A DNA stretch of 31,143 nucleotides from a virus. Taxonomy: Duplodnaviria; Caudoviricetes. Positions within the stretch are counted from its first letter, which is position 1. Every line of letters starts with the position of its first letter. Where the stretch lies: positions 1 through 31,143 of IMG/VR virus record IMGVR_UViG_3300031949_000132; one strand, given 5' to 3'. This document shows, piece after piece, positions 16,094 to 24,011 of this stretch. Position numbers and translations under genes: made by a program. The notes below the pieces were generated by a model. The model was given only the letters and a program-made list of their open reading frames with translations. It was not told the origin of the DNA and did no database searches.

Positions 16094-17103
16094 TATATGT
16101 AACTCCCGGTGACCAATCCGCTCGGCACATGGGACTGTTGCCACCGAGCTGACCGATAGGGTGGTAGCGGCAGATTCGTAAATCCTGCAACCCAGGTCAA
16201 GGTCCTCTGGGTCACCTGCTCATCCCGGTAGATCATGTCGAGAAGCGCATCCTCGAACCTTTTCTCGTGGACGTTCGCGTTCACCGGGTTGTACTTCGGA
16301 TTTGAAACCGTCGCCGTGCCCGGCCAAGAACAAAGGTCGGCGAGCGCCCCCTCGAGCAACACCCTTCCGCGCATGAACCCTGGCAACGTGTCGCCGTCTC
16401 CCACGAGATCCGCGGTGCGCCGCTTGTAGGCGTAGGGGTAGGGCTTCGCGCCAGTCGTCCGCGGCCAAGTCTCCATGAATGGCTGAGGTGTCGATGTCTT
16501 CGCTTGCCCGTACATATCCACGATGCCGACTGGGAGCTGCGCAAGATACACGTCGTTGAACCCCAACGGAATAAGCCACATTGGAGGCCCAACCGAACTC
16601 CGCTCGGCGTCCACATTGTTCATTTCCTCGAGCGAGACGTTCCGGCGGAACTGCCAGTTGTTATCGCGATCAACCAGGGCAATGAGCTTCTCAAAGTCAT
16701 TTTTCTCCGACATGAAATAGTCCATCACGATTTCTGCCGGCACATCGCTGTCGCTCTCCTCAACACACCCCTGGTCAATAATGATATCCGTCACGTTGGG
16801 GTTACTCACAATGGAATAGTACGGGATCTGGCCGTTAAGCATGAGTTGACGACCAACGATCGTATTATCGGCAGGAAGCCCACCGGCCGGAAAAGTCACG
16901 GTCGTAGATCCCTGGATGACAGTGGCAGACCCGATGATGGGCGCCTTGACGTTCCAGCACCCCTGTCCCCATTGGAAAGACCACATTCTTCTGTCGAGAG
17001 CTTGAGTGAAACGGTCCTTCACCCAGCGCCGGCAGAGTGTTGCCGGTGCGATATAGCAGTATTGCTTGACTGTCCTCCAGACATCGACAAACGTGTCGCT
17101 CAT
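16093..17103 (-). CDS. Head-tail adaptor / tail tubular protein-like (paralogue 1, 336 aa)
   Basis: Position after capsid and decoration genes; helical N-terminus ending 'RRMWSF', beta insert, 'VGPPMW', 'ETWP', 'LLEGALA' and a C-terminal helix as in podovirus adaptors. Confidence 0.65.
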   Translation of the reverse strand: MSDTFVDVWRTVKQYCYIAPATLCRRWVKDRFTQALDRRMWSFQWGQGCWNVKAPIIGSATVIQGSTTVTFPAGGLPADNTIVGRQLMLNGQIPYYSIVSNPNVTDIIIDQGCVEESDSDVPAEIVMDYFMSEKNDFEKLIALVDRDNNWQFRRNVSLEEMNNVDAERSSVGPPMWLIPLGFNDVYLAQLPVGIVDMYGQAKTSTPQPFMETWPRTTGAKPYPYAYKRRTADLVGDGDTLPGFMRGRVLLEGALADLCSWPGTATVSNPKYNPVNANVHEKRFEDALLDMIYRDEQVTQRTLTWVAGFTNLPLPPYRSARWQQSHVPSGLVTGSYI

Positions 17104-17306
17104 CCAACCCTCGTCGCAGGAAAGCTGGGCTTTATGACCCGATGCAAAAAAGCTCCCTTGCTTCCAGACCCCAGGAACTGCTCATAGACATCGCGAGGAA
17201 CCCCCGAGTATTCGTATATCCCGCCGTTCCGGAATTGCACTGTCAGTGTATCCGTCTCAGGGTTATGCTCGATGGCCGCAATGTTCGAGCTTTGAACCGC
17301 TGGCAT
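17100..17306 (-). CDS. KTSC domain protein (68 aa)
   Basis: 'VQSSNIAAIEHN...LTVQFRNGGIYEYSGVP..VY..F..SGSKGAFL...IK' is the KTSC consensus. Confidence 0.93.
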   Translation of the reverse strand: MPAVQSSNIAAIEHNPETDTLTVQFRNGGIYEYSGVPRDVYEQFLGSGSKGAFLHRVIKPSFPATRVG

Positions 17307-17317
17307 TTCTCTCTCCC

Positions 17318-17355
17318 AACAAAAATGCCCTGGCCGGTTTGCGGCCAGCCAGGGC
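17318..17355 (-). terminator. Rho-independent terminator after the capsid and decoration genes
   Basis: GCCCTGGCTGG-CCGCAAA-CCGGCCAGGGC followed by ATTTTTGTT. Confidence 0.75.
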
Positions 17356-17386
17356 TCCCAAACGTCTCAGGCAGCGAGAAACTTCT

Positions 17387-17989
17387 TCAAACCGGCATGC
17401 AAGGCGTCTCGATCCATCCGCCGGCGAGACCGGCACCACCGCCCGCAACGATGTCGGTCAGGATAACCCTCGACTTGACGGACTCAACCACTGTGAGCGT
17501 GGTCGCAGCCGCCACACGGACGAAGGTGTTGTCGGTCGGTGCGTTCGCGGCTACGTTGACCAGCACGAGCTGGTCACCAACCGCCGTTCCAGCCGGGGCA
17601 TTGATCTTGTCGTTGAAGCCGCCCGTCTGAATGAAAATGAACTTCCCGTCCGTCGGATCCACGGCGTTTAAGCCGACCCCCGCAAAGGCACCGATTGCCG
17701 CAAATGAGTTGACGACCCAGGTGATCGCCTCGACGACCACGTTGGTCACGATGGTTCGCGTGCGGTCCTTGTAGTACAGGGGAGCGCCCTGCGCCCAAGC
17801 GACCACAGCGGTCGGGTCGTATTTCACGTACTTGATGATCCTCGGCCGTTGCGAGGAGTCCGGATAGATGAAAATCCCGCCCAACGGGAAGTTGGCTTGG
17901 TCGGTGTCGGCAACAAGCGAAACATCCCCACCGCTCGCATTCACAACGAGAGTCGGCATGATCAGGTGCCCGTAGGCTTTGGTGCTCAT
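17387..17989 (-). CDS. Putative capsid decoration/cement protein (200 aa)
   Basis: Directly after the major capsid gene, strong GGAGG SD; 'PLG...IKYVK', 'FAGV', 'FIFIQTGG', 'VGDQL' pattern typical of post-capsid beta-tulip-like proteins. Confidence 0.6.
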   Translation of the reverse strand: MSTKAYGHLIMPTLVVNASGGDVSLVADTDQANFPLGGIFIYPDSSQRPRIIKYVKYDPTAVVAWAQGAPLYYKDRTRTIVTNVVVEAITWVVNSFAAIGAFAGVGLNAVDPTDGKFIFIQTGGFNDKINAPAGTAVGDQLVLVNVAANAPTDNTFVRVAAATTLTVVESVKSRVILTDIVAGGGAGLAGGWIETPCMPV

Positions 17990-18028
17990 TCTGCCCTCCG
18001 AATTCGAATCTTCGAGTCTGTCTTCCCG

Positions 18029-19024
18029 TTACGACGTGATGAGGACCAAGTAGAACCCTGTCCTCGGGTTCGGATAGACCGAGTTGCCGGCAAACAGGAA
18101 CTGGCCGGCGTAGTCGATCGTTCCCTGGTCTTCCTTGAACCCGGTGAACCCGAATTGGAACAACGGGTTCGTCGAGATGTAGAACATGAAGTACTCGGAG
18201 TTGATCCCGAGTATGGCGCCGGCCGGAGCGTAATTGTCAGCCACGAGATCCGCTCCCAGGTACTGAATCGAGTTCAGCCCCGCCTTCGCCATGTCGGTAT
18301 CCTCGCGAAGGAAGCGCTGACTCCCCTGGAGCCGGTTGTGCACGAACATCCACGTATTCGTGTTCGCGCACATGAGGTCCACGCGATCGGGACCGAACCA
18401 CGTCGCGGCGATCGCCGCGTTCAAGTCGGTCGTCTGGATTGCCCCGCCGATGCTGTCGAAGTAGCCGTTTCCGCCACCTACGACACCGGTCGTGCCAATT
18501 TCGGTCCTGGTGATTCCACCGACAGTGGTGACGTTCGTCCCATCGTCAACCCACTGCGCGAATCCGTCGAGCGACAGCGCGTCAGAGTCCTGGCCGAGGT
18601 TGGTGATCACGTTCGCATTCGACAGACCTGAGAGGTAGAGGTCGATCGCGAGCAGCTCGCCCATCAAGGCCGCGGCATTCGACATCTTCAGCTCAACCTG
18701 CGAGAGCGCCGCGAGGTCGCCCATGTTGAGTACGCCATCGGTTCCGATCAGGACAACCGAGACGTAGTAGAACTTGATGTTGACCTGATAGGCCGTCTCG
18801 GTGTTCACCCACGCAGTCGACAGGGACGAAGCCCGGCCGAATGACGAACCCACCAGCTTGAATGGTACGATGGGCTGCTGGATGAACTTCCCACCCTCAA
18901 ACCGGTAGTTGTGCTTCGTCCTGGCACGGATGAAAAGCGGGGAGTGCTTGTACACCACGTTGAACGCCTTGGGGACGATGTAGGCGTTGGTGTAAGCGTT
19001 CAGTCCAGTGAGTGACAGCGACAT
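18029..19024 (-). CDS. Major capsid protein (HK97-fold, 331 aa)
   Basis: Follows the scaffold gene; 'SPLF', 'GG..I..P', 'LYLSG...LDG', 'VGGITR', 'QRF...AG...I.Y.G...V.D..AP' motifs; strong C/G-ending codon bias. Confidence 0.85.
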   Translation of the reverse strand: MSLSLTGLNAYTNAYIVPKAFNVVYKHSPLFIRARTKHNYRFEGGKFIQQPIVPFKLVGSSFGRASSLSTAWVNTETAYQVNIKFYYVSVVLIGTDGVLNMGDLAALSQVELKMSNAAALMGELLAIDLYLSGLSNANVITNLGQDSDALSLDGFAQWVDDGTNVTTVGGITRTEIGTTGVVGGGNGYFDSIGGAIQTTDLNAAIAATWFGPDRVDLMCANTNTWMFVHNRLQGSQRFLREDTDMAKAGLNSIQYLGADLVADNYAPAGAILGINSEYFMFYISTNPLFQFGFTGFKEDQGTIDYAGQFLFAGNSVYPNPRTGFYLVLITS

Positions 19025-19050
19025 GGTAACCTCTCAATTCGAGATTTTTA

Positions 19051-19941
19051 TTAGACTTGCTTGCCGGCCGCGCGGTCTTTCGCGACTTGCGCCGCCACCG
19101 CGTGGGCGAGCTGGAATCCACCTTTTCGCCCGAGGGAATAGTCCTCGGGAATCTTGTCGAGTTCGACGGGGACAGGGGCCGCGCCAGGAGTCGATGGCAT
19201 TGCGGCGGTACCCGTCATATCGACGGGCAGGGACCTCAAAGCATTCTCGGTTCCCTGTTTCACCATTTGGTCCTTGGTCTCTTTGACGCCTTCGACTTTC
19301 CCTTGCTCTCGAGCCTCGGCGACGGCTTTGTCAAAATACGCCTGCCGGGTGAACTCTTCATACGCCTTGTCGACGTCGGAGTGCCCGCCCTTATCGAGAA
19401 ACTCCCCGAAGGCTTTCCGGTCAAACGGCTTACCGAAGTCGGCCTGGAACTTCCTGCCAACCTCGACCATGCGCTCGACGAGCGGCAGGCCGTGCGTATA
19501 GACTTTCGCCTTCGCATCGGCAGCAGCCGCGATCGCGGCGGTCTGGGCCATCGTTTGCGCCTCGGCAGCCGTCACGAAGCCCTGCGCCTTGATTTGATCC
19601 TGGACGGCTTTCTGCACTGCCGCATTGAACTGCTCGGGAGTCATGTCAGCCACGTCGATATCCTCCGGCGGCGGTGTTCCCGCAGGCGCCTTACCTTTCA
19701 ATTCGTCTTGCAATTTTGTGATGGTTGTCTGCGCATCGGCGAGCTGCGTCTTGAGAATGGGAGCATCCTTGAAGTTCGGCCACTCCTTTTGATACCACTG
19801 AGAGTAGCTTTCACCGTCTTTGGCATGAGCCTCGATCGTGTCCAGGAGCCTCTTGGTCTCCGGATTCTTCGCAATCGCCGCGCGAATGGCAGCCGCTTCC
19901 TGCTCGTTCTGGATCGTCTTCAAAACGTCTTCAAAAACCAT
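19051..19941 (-). CDS. Putative capsid scaffolding protein (296 aa)
   Basis: Helical, A/E/K/Q-rich, 'DVDKAYEEF...EAREQG', Pro-rich tail, immediately upstream of the capsid gene. Confidence 0.7.
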   Translation of the reverse strand: MVFEDVLKTIQNEQEAAAIRAAIAKNPETKRLLDTIEAHAKDGESYSQWYQKEWPNFKDAPILKTQLADAQTTITKLQDELKGKAPAGTPPPEDIDVADMTPEQFNAAVQKAVQDQIKAQGFVTAAEAQTMAQTAAIAAAADAKAKVYTHGLPLVERMVEVGRKFQADFGKPFDRKAFGEFLDKGGHSDVDKAYEEFTRQAYFDKAVAEAREQGKVEGVKETKDQMVKQGTENALRSLPVDMTGTAAMPSTPGAAPVPVELDKIPEDYSLGRKGGFQLAHAVAAQVAKDRAAGKQV

Positions 19942-19953
19942 GCTTCTCCCTCA

Positions 19954-20313
19954 CTACATTCCCGGAACGTATCCGCCGGCAGGTGCCGCGGATTCGGAAG
20001 GAGGTGCTGGCACCTCAGTTGGCGTTGGCGGAGGAGCAGCCAAAGCCGGCGCCCCAGGCCCTTGCTCTGGTCCTGCAACTTCCGATAAGAGCTGCGTCAT
20101 GATTGGGACTGCTGATTTGAGAGTTAAAAGTGCTTGAGGCTTGGATTGACCGAGGATCTTCGCGAGCTTCCTCATGTCCTCGCCGATCCGCATAATAATA
20201 CTGACGGGATTCTCTTGGGGCTGTTGAGGCGTCCCCATCGTCGGCATTGGGCCTTGCTGCGCCCTGATGCCTGGCGGTAGTGGTGGTGTCCTTACTCCTG
20301 CAGGTGCGCCCAT
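19954..20313 (-). CDS. Pro/Gln/Ala-rich hypothetical protein (119 aa)
   Basis: ATG abuts the upstream TAG; short helical core with low-complexity flanks. Confidence 0.7.
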   Translation of the reverse strand: MGAPAGVRTPPLPPGIRAQQGPMPTMGTPQQPQENPVSIIMRIGEDMRKLAKILGQSKPQALLTLKSAVPIMTQLLSEVAGPEQGPGAPALAAPPPTPTEVPAPPSESAAPAGGYVPGM

Positions 20314-20598
20314 CTATTTTTGAAAGGAAGGCGGGTTGGCAGTCGGCCGGTTGCCTCGCGCAACGTCAGCGCCTTTGTTCGGCGCCATCGTCCCCGTCTT
20401 CGCAACATCTTCAGAGCCTTTCTTGGGATGCCCCGCCCAAGCGAGCGGGGTCTTACCTTTCAAGGCCACCGGAGTGGCTTCTTTCTGCTCCATCTTCGGA
20501 CCGAAACTCTTGTGGGAATGCGGCGCTACGGAGTCGCACTTCAGCGGGGCCTCCGTCGCGGCGTCCCAACTGCGGTTGTTCGTCAATTTCTTTGCCAT
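20314..20598 (-). CDS. Small disordered Lys-rich protein (94 aa)
   Basis: Start moved from 20931 to ATG 20598 (AAGGA SD): MAKKLTNNRSWD...; the longer version overlaps two other genes. Confidence 0.65.
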   Translation of the reverse strand: MAKKLTNNRSWDAATEAPLKCDSVAPHSHKSFGPKMEQKEATPVALKGKTPLAWAGHPKKGSEDVAKTGTMAPNKGADVARGNRPTANPPSFQK

Positions 20599-20606
20599 GA
20601 CCGTCC

Positions 20607-20624
20607 TTTGTGCATTTACTGCAC
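20607..20624 (-). promoter_or_regulatory. Quasi-palindromic motif copy 5, GTGCAGTAAATGCACAAA
   Basis: Exact 18-bp repeat; runs into the SD of the 20598 gene. Confidence 0.75.
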
Positions 20625-20719
20625 GAAAGGTAGAGGGAGGCACTCGCCGCACCCCCCTCCCCTGTTGACTCGGTCCTCCCGAGGATCCCACGATGTTCCG
20701 TAGATCGGGGGAGGGAAGA

Positions 20720-20770
20720 TTACCGCTTGCCCTTGCGTCCCTTGCGTTTCTTGCGGTTGCGTTCGAACAT
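20720..20770 (-). CDS. 16-aa protamine-like micro-protein MFERNRKKRKGRKGKR
   Basis: Below the ORF-track cutoff. AAGGAGGT SD 5 nt before ATG, 3 nt after the previous stop; 10 of 16 residues are K/R. Confidence 0.65.
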   Translation of the reverse strand: MFERNRKKRKGRKGKR

Positions 20771-20773
20771 GGA

Positions 20774-20971
20774 CTACCTCCTTCCTCCGCGCCCCGCGCG
20801 TTTCTTCTTGCGTTTGGCGCGTACATAAACTCCGCCTCGGCGGAGCCTTCCCGCCCGTTCCATCCCGAATGCCATCCCCACTGCCTTATCTTGAGGTTCG
20901 CCTTCGTGACGGAGGGCTGAAATCTTTTCACTGACCCTGAGTTGTGATTGGCGGCTGCGCTTCTTGCGCAT
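20774..20971 (-). CDS. Small Arg/Lys-rich protein (65 aa)
   Basis: ATG abuts the upstream TAG; core 'EKISALRHEGEPQDKAVGMAF' resembles the phage 'xxEGxPxxQAVAIA' small-protein motif. Confidence 0.75.
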   Translation of the reverse strand: MRKKRSRQSQLRVSEKISALRHEGEPQDKAVGMAFGMERAGRLRRGGVYVRAKRKKKRAGRGGRR

Positions 20972-21193
20972 CTACCGCGCCATCCTTCCGCGAGCGCCTC
21001 GGCTCTTCCGCGTCTTCCGCGTCTTCCGACTTTTGCGGCCTTTCATGCCGATGCTGCGACTGGCATCCTTGACGTGCTTCCTGACGGCGCCGAACCTTTT
21101 TTTATCTCGCCGGATCTCGTCAGCACGCATGAGCGCATGGACGTCCTCTCCGGGATTGCCGCTTGCGCTGGACATTTTCGGAGAGTCTTCCAC
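20972..21193 (-). CDS. Small protein with protamine-like C-terminal tail (73 aa)
   Basis: GAGGT SD with GTG start; 'ALMRADEIRRDKKRFGAV' core; tail GRKSRKTRKTRKSRGARGRMAR. Confidence 0.7.
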   Translation of the reverse strand: MEDSPKMSSASGNPGEDVHALMRADEIRRDKKRFGAVRKHVKDASRSIGMKGRKSRKTRKTRKSRGARGRMAR

Positions 21194-21196
21194 ACA

Positions 21197-21253
21197 CTAC
21201 CTCGTCGCCCGCAGGTAACTCTTGCGGCTCTTCTTGCTTTTTCTGTTTCTCAC
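21197..21253 (-). CDS. 18-aa basic micro-protein MRNRKSKKSRKSYLRATR
   Basis: Below the ORF-track cutoff. TAGGAG SD before GTG; stop 3 nt before the next start; 9 of 18 residues are K/R. Confidence 0.55.
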   Translation of the reverse strand: MRNRKSKKSRKSYLRATR

Positions 21254-21266
21254 GGTGTTTGCTCCT

Positions 21267-21305
21267 AAAATGAAAAAGCGGCCAAAGCCTTTTGGCTCTG
21301 ACCGC
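21267..21305 (-). terminator. Rho-independent terminator-like hairpin
   Basis: GCGGTCAGAGCC-AAAA-GGCTTTGGCCGC (12 bp with two G-U pairs) then TTTTTCATTTT. Confidence 0.7.
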
Positions 21306-21358
21306 CTTGTCGCCGACTGGTGGTGGCGACCGACCGTCGAAAATCCTAATCCACTTGC

Positions 21359-21388
21359 AAACTACATTCTTGCGTTAGGGCTTGTCAA
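21359..21388 (-). promoter_or_regulatory. Putative sigma70-type promoter TTGACA-N18-TAGTTT
   Basis: Perfect -35, 4/6 -10, in the largest AT-rich intergenic gap of the head module. Confidence 0.5.
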
Positions 21389-21401
21389 GAACAAAATTCA
21401 A

Positions 21402-21641
21402 TCATCTTCCGCCGACTGTTACCCGTACACCGGTGTGACGAAGGACTCTGACCGAAGCATTCACCTTGACGTCTACGATCTGCCCGCCGGCAATCTGGAT
21501 ATTCACCTGCCCGTCAGCTCGAGTCCCGTTCCCGATCATTGCAAAGAGTGCATCGTAAACATCGGGGTGAACCTCAAGCGACGATGCGTCCCCTTGGCTC
21601 ATCAGGAGAAAGTACGGCCTTCCGTCCGAAGTTTGTTTCAC
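21402..21641 (-). CDS. Small hypothetical protein (79 aa), weak DUF2292/YezD-like beta-hairpin
   Basis: GTGA overlap with the portal stop; 'GQVNIQIAGGQIVDVKV'. Confidence 0.6.
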   Translation of the reverse strand: MKQTSDGRPYFLLMSQGDASSLEVHPDVYDALFAMIGNGTRADGQVNIQIAGGQIVDVKVNASVRVLRHTGVRVTVGGR

Positions 21642-23554
21642 TTCGATTTGGCTCCGCCTTTTGTAGGTTTGGGCTGCGGGAACGTCTGGGCCTCTTCCCC
21701 AATCTGCTTCACTTCCTGGTCGTAGTCCGGCGACGGGAATCCTGCATCCGAGAGGAATTTGTAAAGGCTCTTCGTCGAAAGCCGGCCTCTCGTATTCAAT
21801 CCAGTTGCGATATTTGCCTGAGCTTGACGTTGAGCCGGCAACGCAGTCCCTGCCGATACCATGTGGCGGAAATTCTGCACGAATTCCCGGCCGCGGCGAA
21901 ATGGTTCATTCCCTTGCGTGTACTTCACGTAAGTTTCAGGGTCCCAATCAAAGTTCTGCCACGTCACACCATCGAGGCCAAGATGGGCAATGACCTTCTT
22001 CCGGTTATAAAACTGCAGGATGTCGGAAATCTGCATCGTGCCAATCTGCCGCATGTGCTTCACGACAAGCGAAGACATCATACGGAAAAGCGACTGGCGG
22101 ATGTTCTGAATTTGCTCAACGGTCTCCCCGGAAGGAACCTGCTTCTTCCCCATCAGTTGTCCCGTATCGGTGAGCCCGGCCTGCTCGTCAAACAACCGGA
22201 GTAGAAGAGTAATAGCATTCGGAATGATCCCCAAGCCAGCAGACTCAGGTCTTTCAAATTTCAGAACATTTCCGATCTGCTCATTCTGGTTCATGATCCG
22301 GATCTTGGCGCCTGGCATCCCCGGAAAGAATTCCTCGTAGGCATCCGGACTCATCGCGCGGTCACGCACGATGAGAGTCGGGTTGAGAATTTGCTTCAAA
22401 TAATCCTGGAAGTCAGCGAGGAGTTGATTGATCGAGCAGTTTATAGGAAAGAGATCCTGGAAAAGAGAAAGCCCAGTGAACAGCCACACAGCCGGCCGCA
22501 GGCGAAGCACGGGGAATGGAAACATACCGTGCCAGTGGAAGTTCGGCCCGTCATAGAGAATCGCTCTCTGGTTTTCCATCGCCGTGCAGATCAGTCGGCC
22601 GTAGGGATACACCGGCTCACCTGGCTTGACTAGATAGGTGAAATTCCCGTAACCGACTGTCAGCATTTCATTCGACGTGTTGAGGCGGTCATCGTGAAAC
22701 CAAAACTCCTGGTGCATCGCCATTGGGATCCGGCCATACTCGTCAATAGTCCTTCCCTTTCCACCTTCTTCCTGAGTTGCAAAAAAGGTGCGGAGCCCAG
22801 GGTTCATGTTGTTCCAGGTGTAGTCGGGAATGTAATACGGACGTGAAGGGTAGGACTTGTGCCATCCGGTCGCTTCCGGTTTCACCTGCTTTGCGAGGAT
22901 CGAGTACTTATCGAAAAACCATGAGATTGGCTTCCAGGATTTGTAAATCACTCCGCCCGAGTCTTGGAAATCATTGATCGAAGGTAGGATTGGAACAACA
23001 CTGTCTGGACCCGAAGGAAGGAAGGTGACTTCCATGTCCTTTGGGTTGATGCCAACCTTTGTGTAGCCTATTCCAAGCGTAGAGTGCTGGACTGTACCCA
23101 TCAACCGAAGATCTCCATCTTGGTCCTGCCAGTTTGCCGCGGAAAGCTTCGTCAAATTCCTGGCGATATCCTCATAGTCCTTGTTCTCTGAGTGGACGTA
23201 GGTGTTAAGCCGAATATCAGAAATGATGGACTGTAGCTCAAGCCAGTAGCGCAGCACGCGATTGACTACCGGCGTGGCTCGGTAACTCGGCCGGCCTGAC
23301 AGCCAGTGCTCTCCCTGGAGAACTCTAATCCATTTGGGGATGTCTTGCAGGACTGGGTCCTCGGCAAGGGACTGCGCCGAAGATGAGTACACCGCTTCGC
23401 ACCATTCTGACGTCACCTGCTCGTAGAATTTCTCATAGACCAAGGCGCCAGAGAGAGACCGCGCAAATATCGGAGGAGTACCGAACTCGCGCTGGACGGC
23501 GAGCGCTTGGCTCGTTGGCTCTTTCGGCCGAAGCTCTGTAAGAACAGATCCCAT
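21638..23554 (-). CDS. Portal protein (638 aa)
   Basis: Between TerL and scaffold/capsid; 'G.HW...VVNR', 'GIGYTKV', 'ILYDGPN...FPF', 'Q..IN', 'PGAKI', 'SG..VEQIQ' follow the P22-like portal layout. Confidence 0.88.
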   Translation of the reverse strand: MGSVLTELRPKEPTSQALAVQREFGTPPIFARSLSGALVYEKFYEQVTSEWCEAVYSSSAQSLAEDPVLQDIPKWIRVLQGEHWLSGRPSYRATPVVNRVLRYWLELQSIISDIRLNTYVHSENKDYEDIARNLTKLSAANWQDQDGDLRLMGTVQHSTLGIGYTKVGINPKDMEVTFLPSGPDSVVPILPSINDFQDSGGVIYKSWKPISWFFDKYSILAKQVKPEATGWHKSYPSRPYYIPDYTWNNMNPGLRTFFATQEEGGKGRTIDEYGRIPMAMHQEFWFHDDRLNTSNEMLTVGYGNFTYLVKPGEPVYPYGRLICTAMENQRAILYDGPNFHWHGMFPFPVLRLRPAVWLFTGLSLFQDLFPINCSINQLLADFQDYLKQILNPTLIVRDRAMSPDAYEEFFPGMPGAKIRIMNQNEQIGNVLKFERPESAGLGIIPNAITLLLRLFDEQAGLTDTGQLMGKKQVPSGETVEQIQNIRQSLFRMMSSLVVKHMRQIGTMQISDILQFYNRKKVIAHLGLDGVTWQNFDWDPETYVKYTQGNEPFRRGREFVQNFRHMVSAGTALPAQRQAQANIATGLNTRGRLSTKSLYKFLSDAGFPSPDYDQEVKQIGEEAQTFPQPKPTKGGAKSK

Positions 23555-24001
23555 TTACACCCTCACCTCTTCCCGCCGAGTGATCCGTGCCCTTTCCGCA
23601 ATCGGCCGGGCCTGCTCCTCGGTCATGCCCTTCACCTTTTCTTTGAGTTTAGCGTAGCGCTTCGGGAATCGTTTCATGTCTTCTCGAGCGGCGGTTTGAA
23701 ATTCTCGGTAGTCAGCTTTTCCTTCGACGGTATCGTTCAAGGGAGACTCTCGTAAGTGATGCCTACGCATCAATTCCCGCAACTGAGCCCGGTCGCGGAC
23801 GTAAACTCCCTCCCCTTTGGGAAGTATATTTCTTGTGAAAAAGGGTTTGAAACTATTGAACCGTATCAACGGCGCCATCATCGTCAAAAGACTGTGGCAC
23901 CTCGGGCACTCTTGAGGAACCTCTGCCTCTTTATAATTCTGAAAGTACTTGTCTTCGATGATGTGGCCGCATCCGCGGCAAGAAAAGTCGTAGATCGGCA
24001 C
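23555..24001 (-). CDS. FmdB-type zinc-ribbon protein (148 aa)
   Basis: MPIYDFSCRGCGH...CPRC, then 'V.VRDRAQLRELMRRHHL' as in phage members found next to portal genes. Confidence 0.85.
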   Translation of the reverse strand: MPIYDFSCRGCGHIIEDKYFQNYKEAEVPQECPRCHSLLTMMAPLIRFNSFKPFFTRNILPKGEGVYVRDRAQLRELMRRHHLRESPLNDTVEGKADYREFQTAAREDMKRFPKRYAKLKEKVKGMTEEQARPIAERARITRREEVRV

Positions 24002-24011
24002 GTCGGACCTT

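Noticed and set aside
19057-20088. Long plus-strand ORFs (343 aa here; also 5739..6587, 16504..17187, 17849..18631, 24244..24951)
   Set aside because: Antisense shadows of well-supported GC-rich minus-strand genes, with no recognisable motifs.
20599-20931. N-terminal extension of the 205-aa ORF 20314..20931
   Set aside because: Overlaps two better-supported small genes and a structured gap; ATG 20598 has its own SD.
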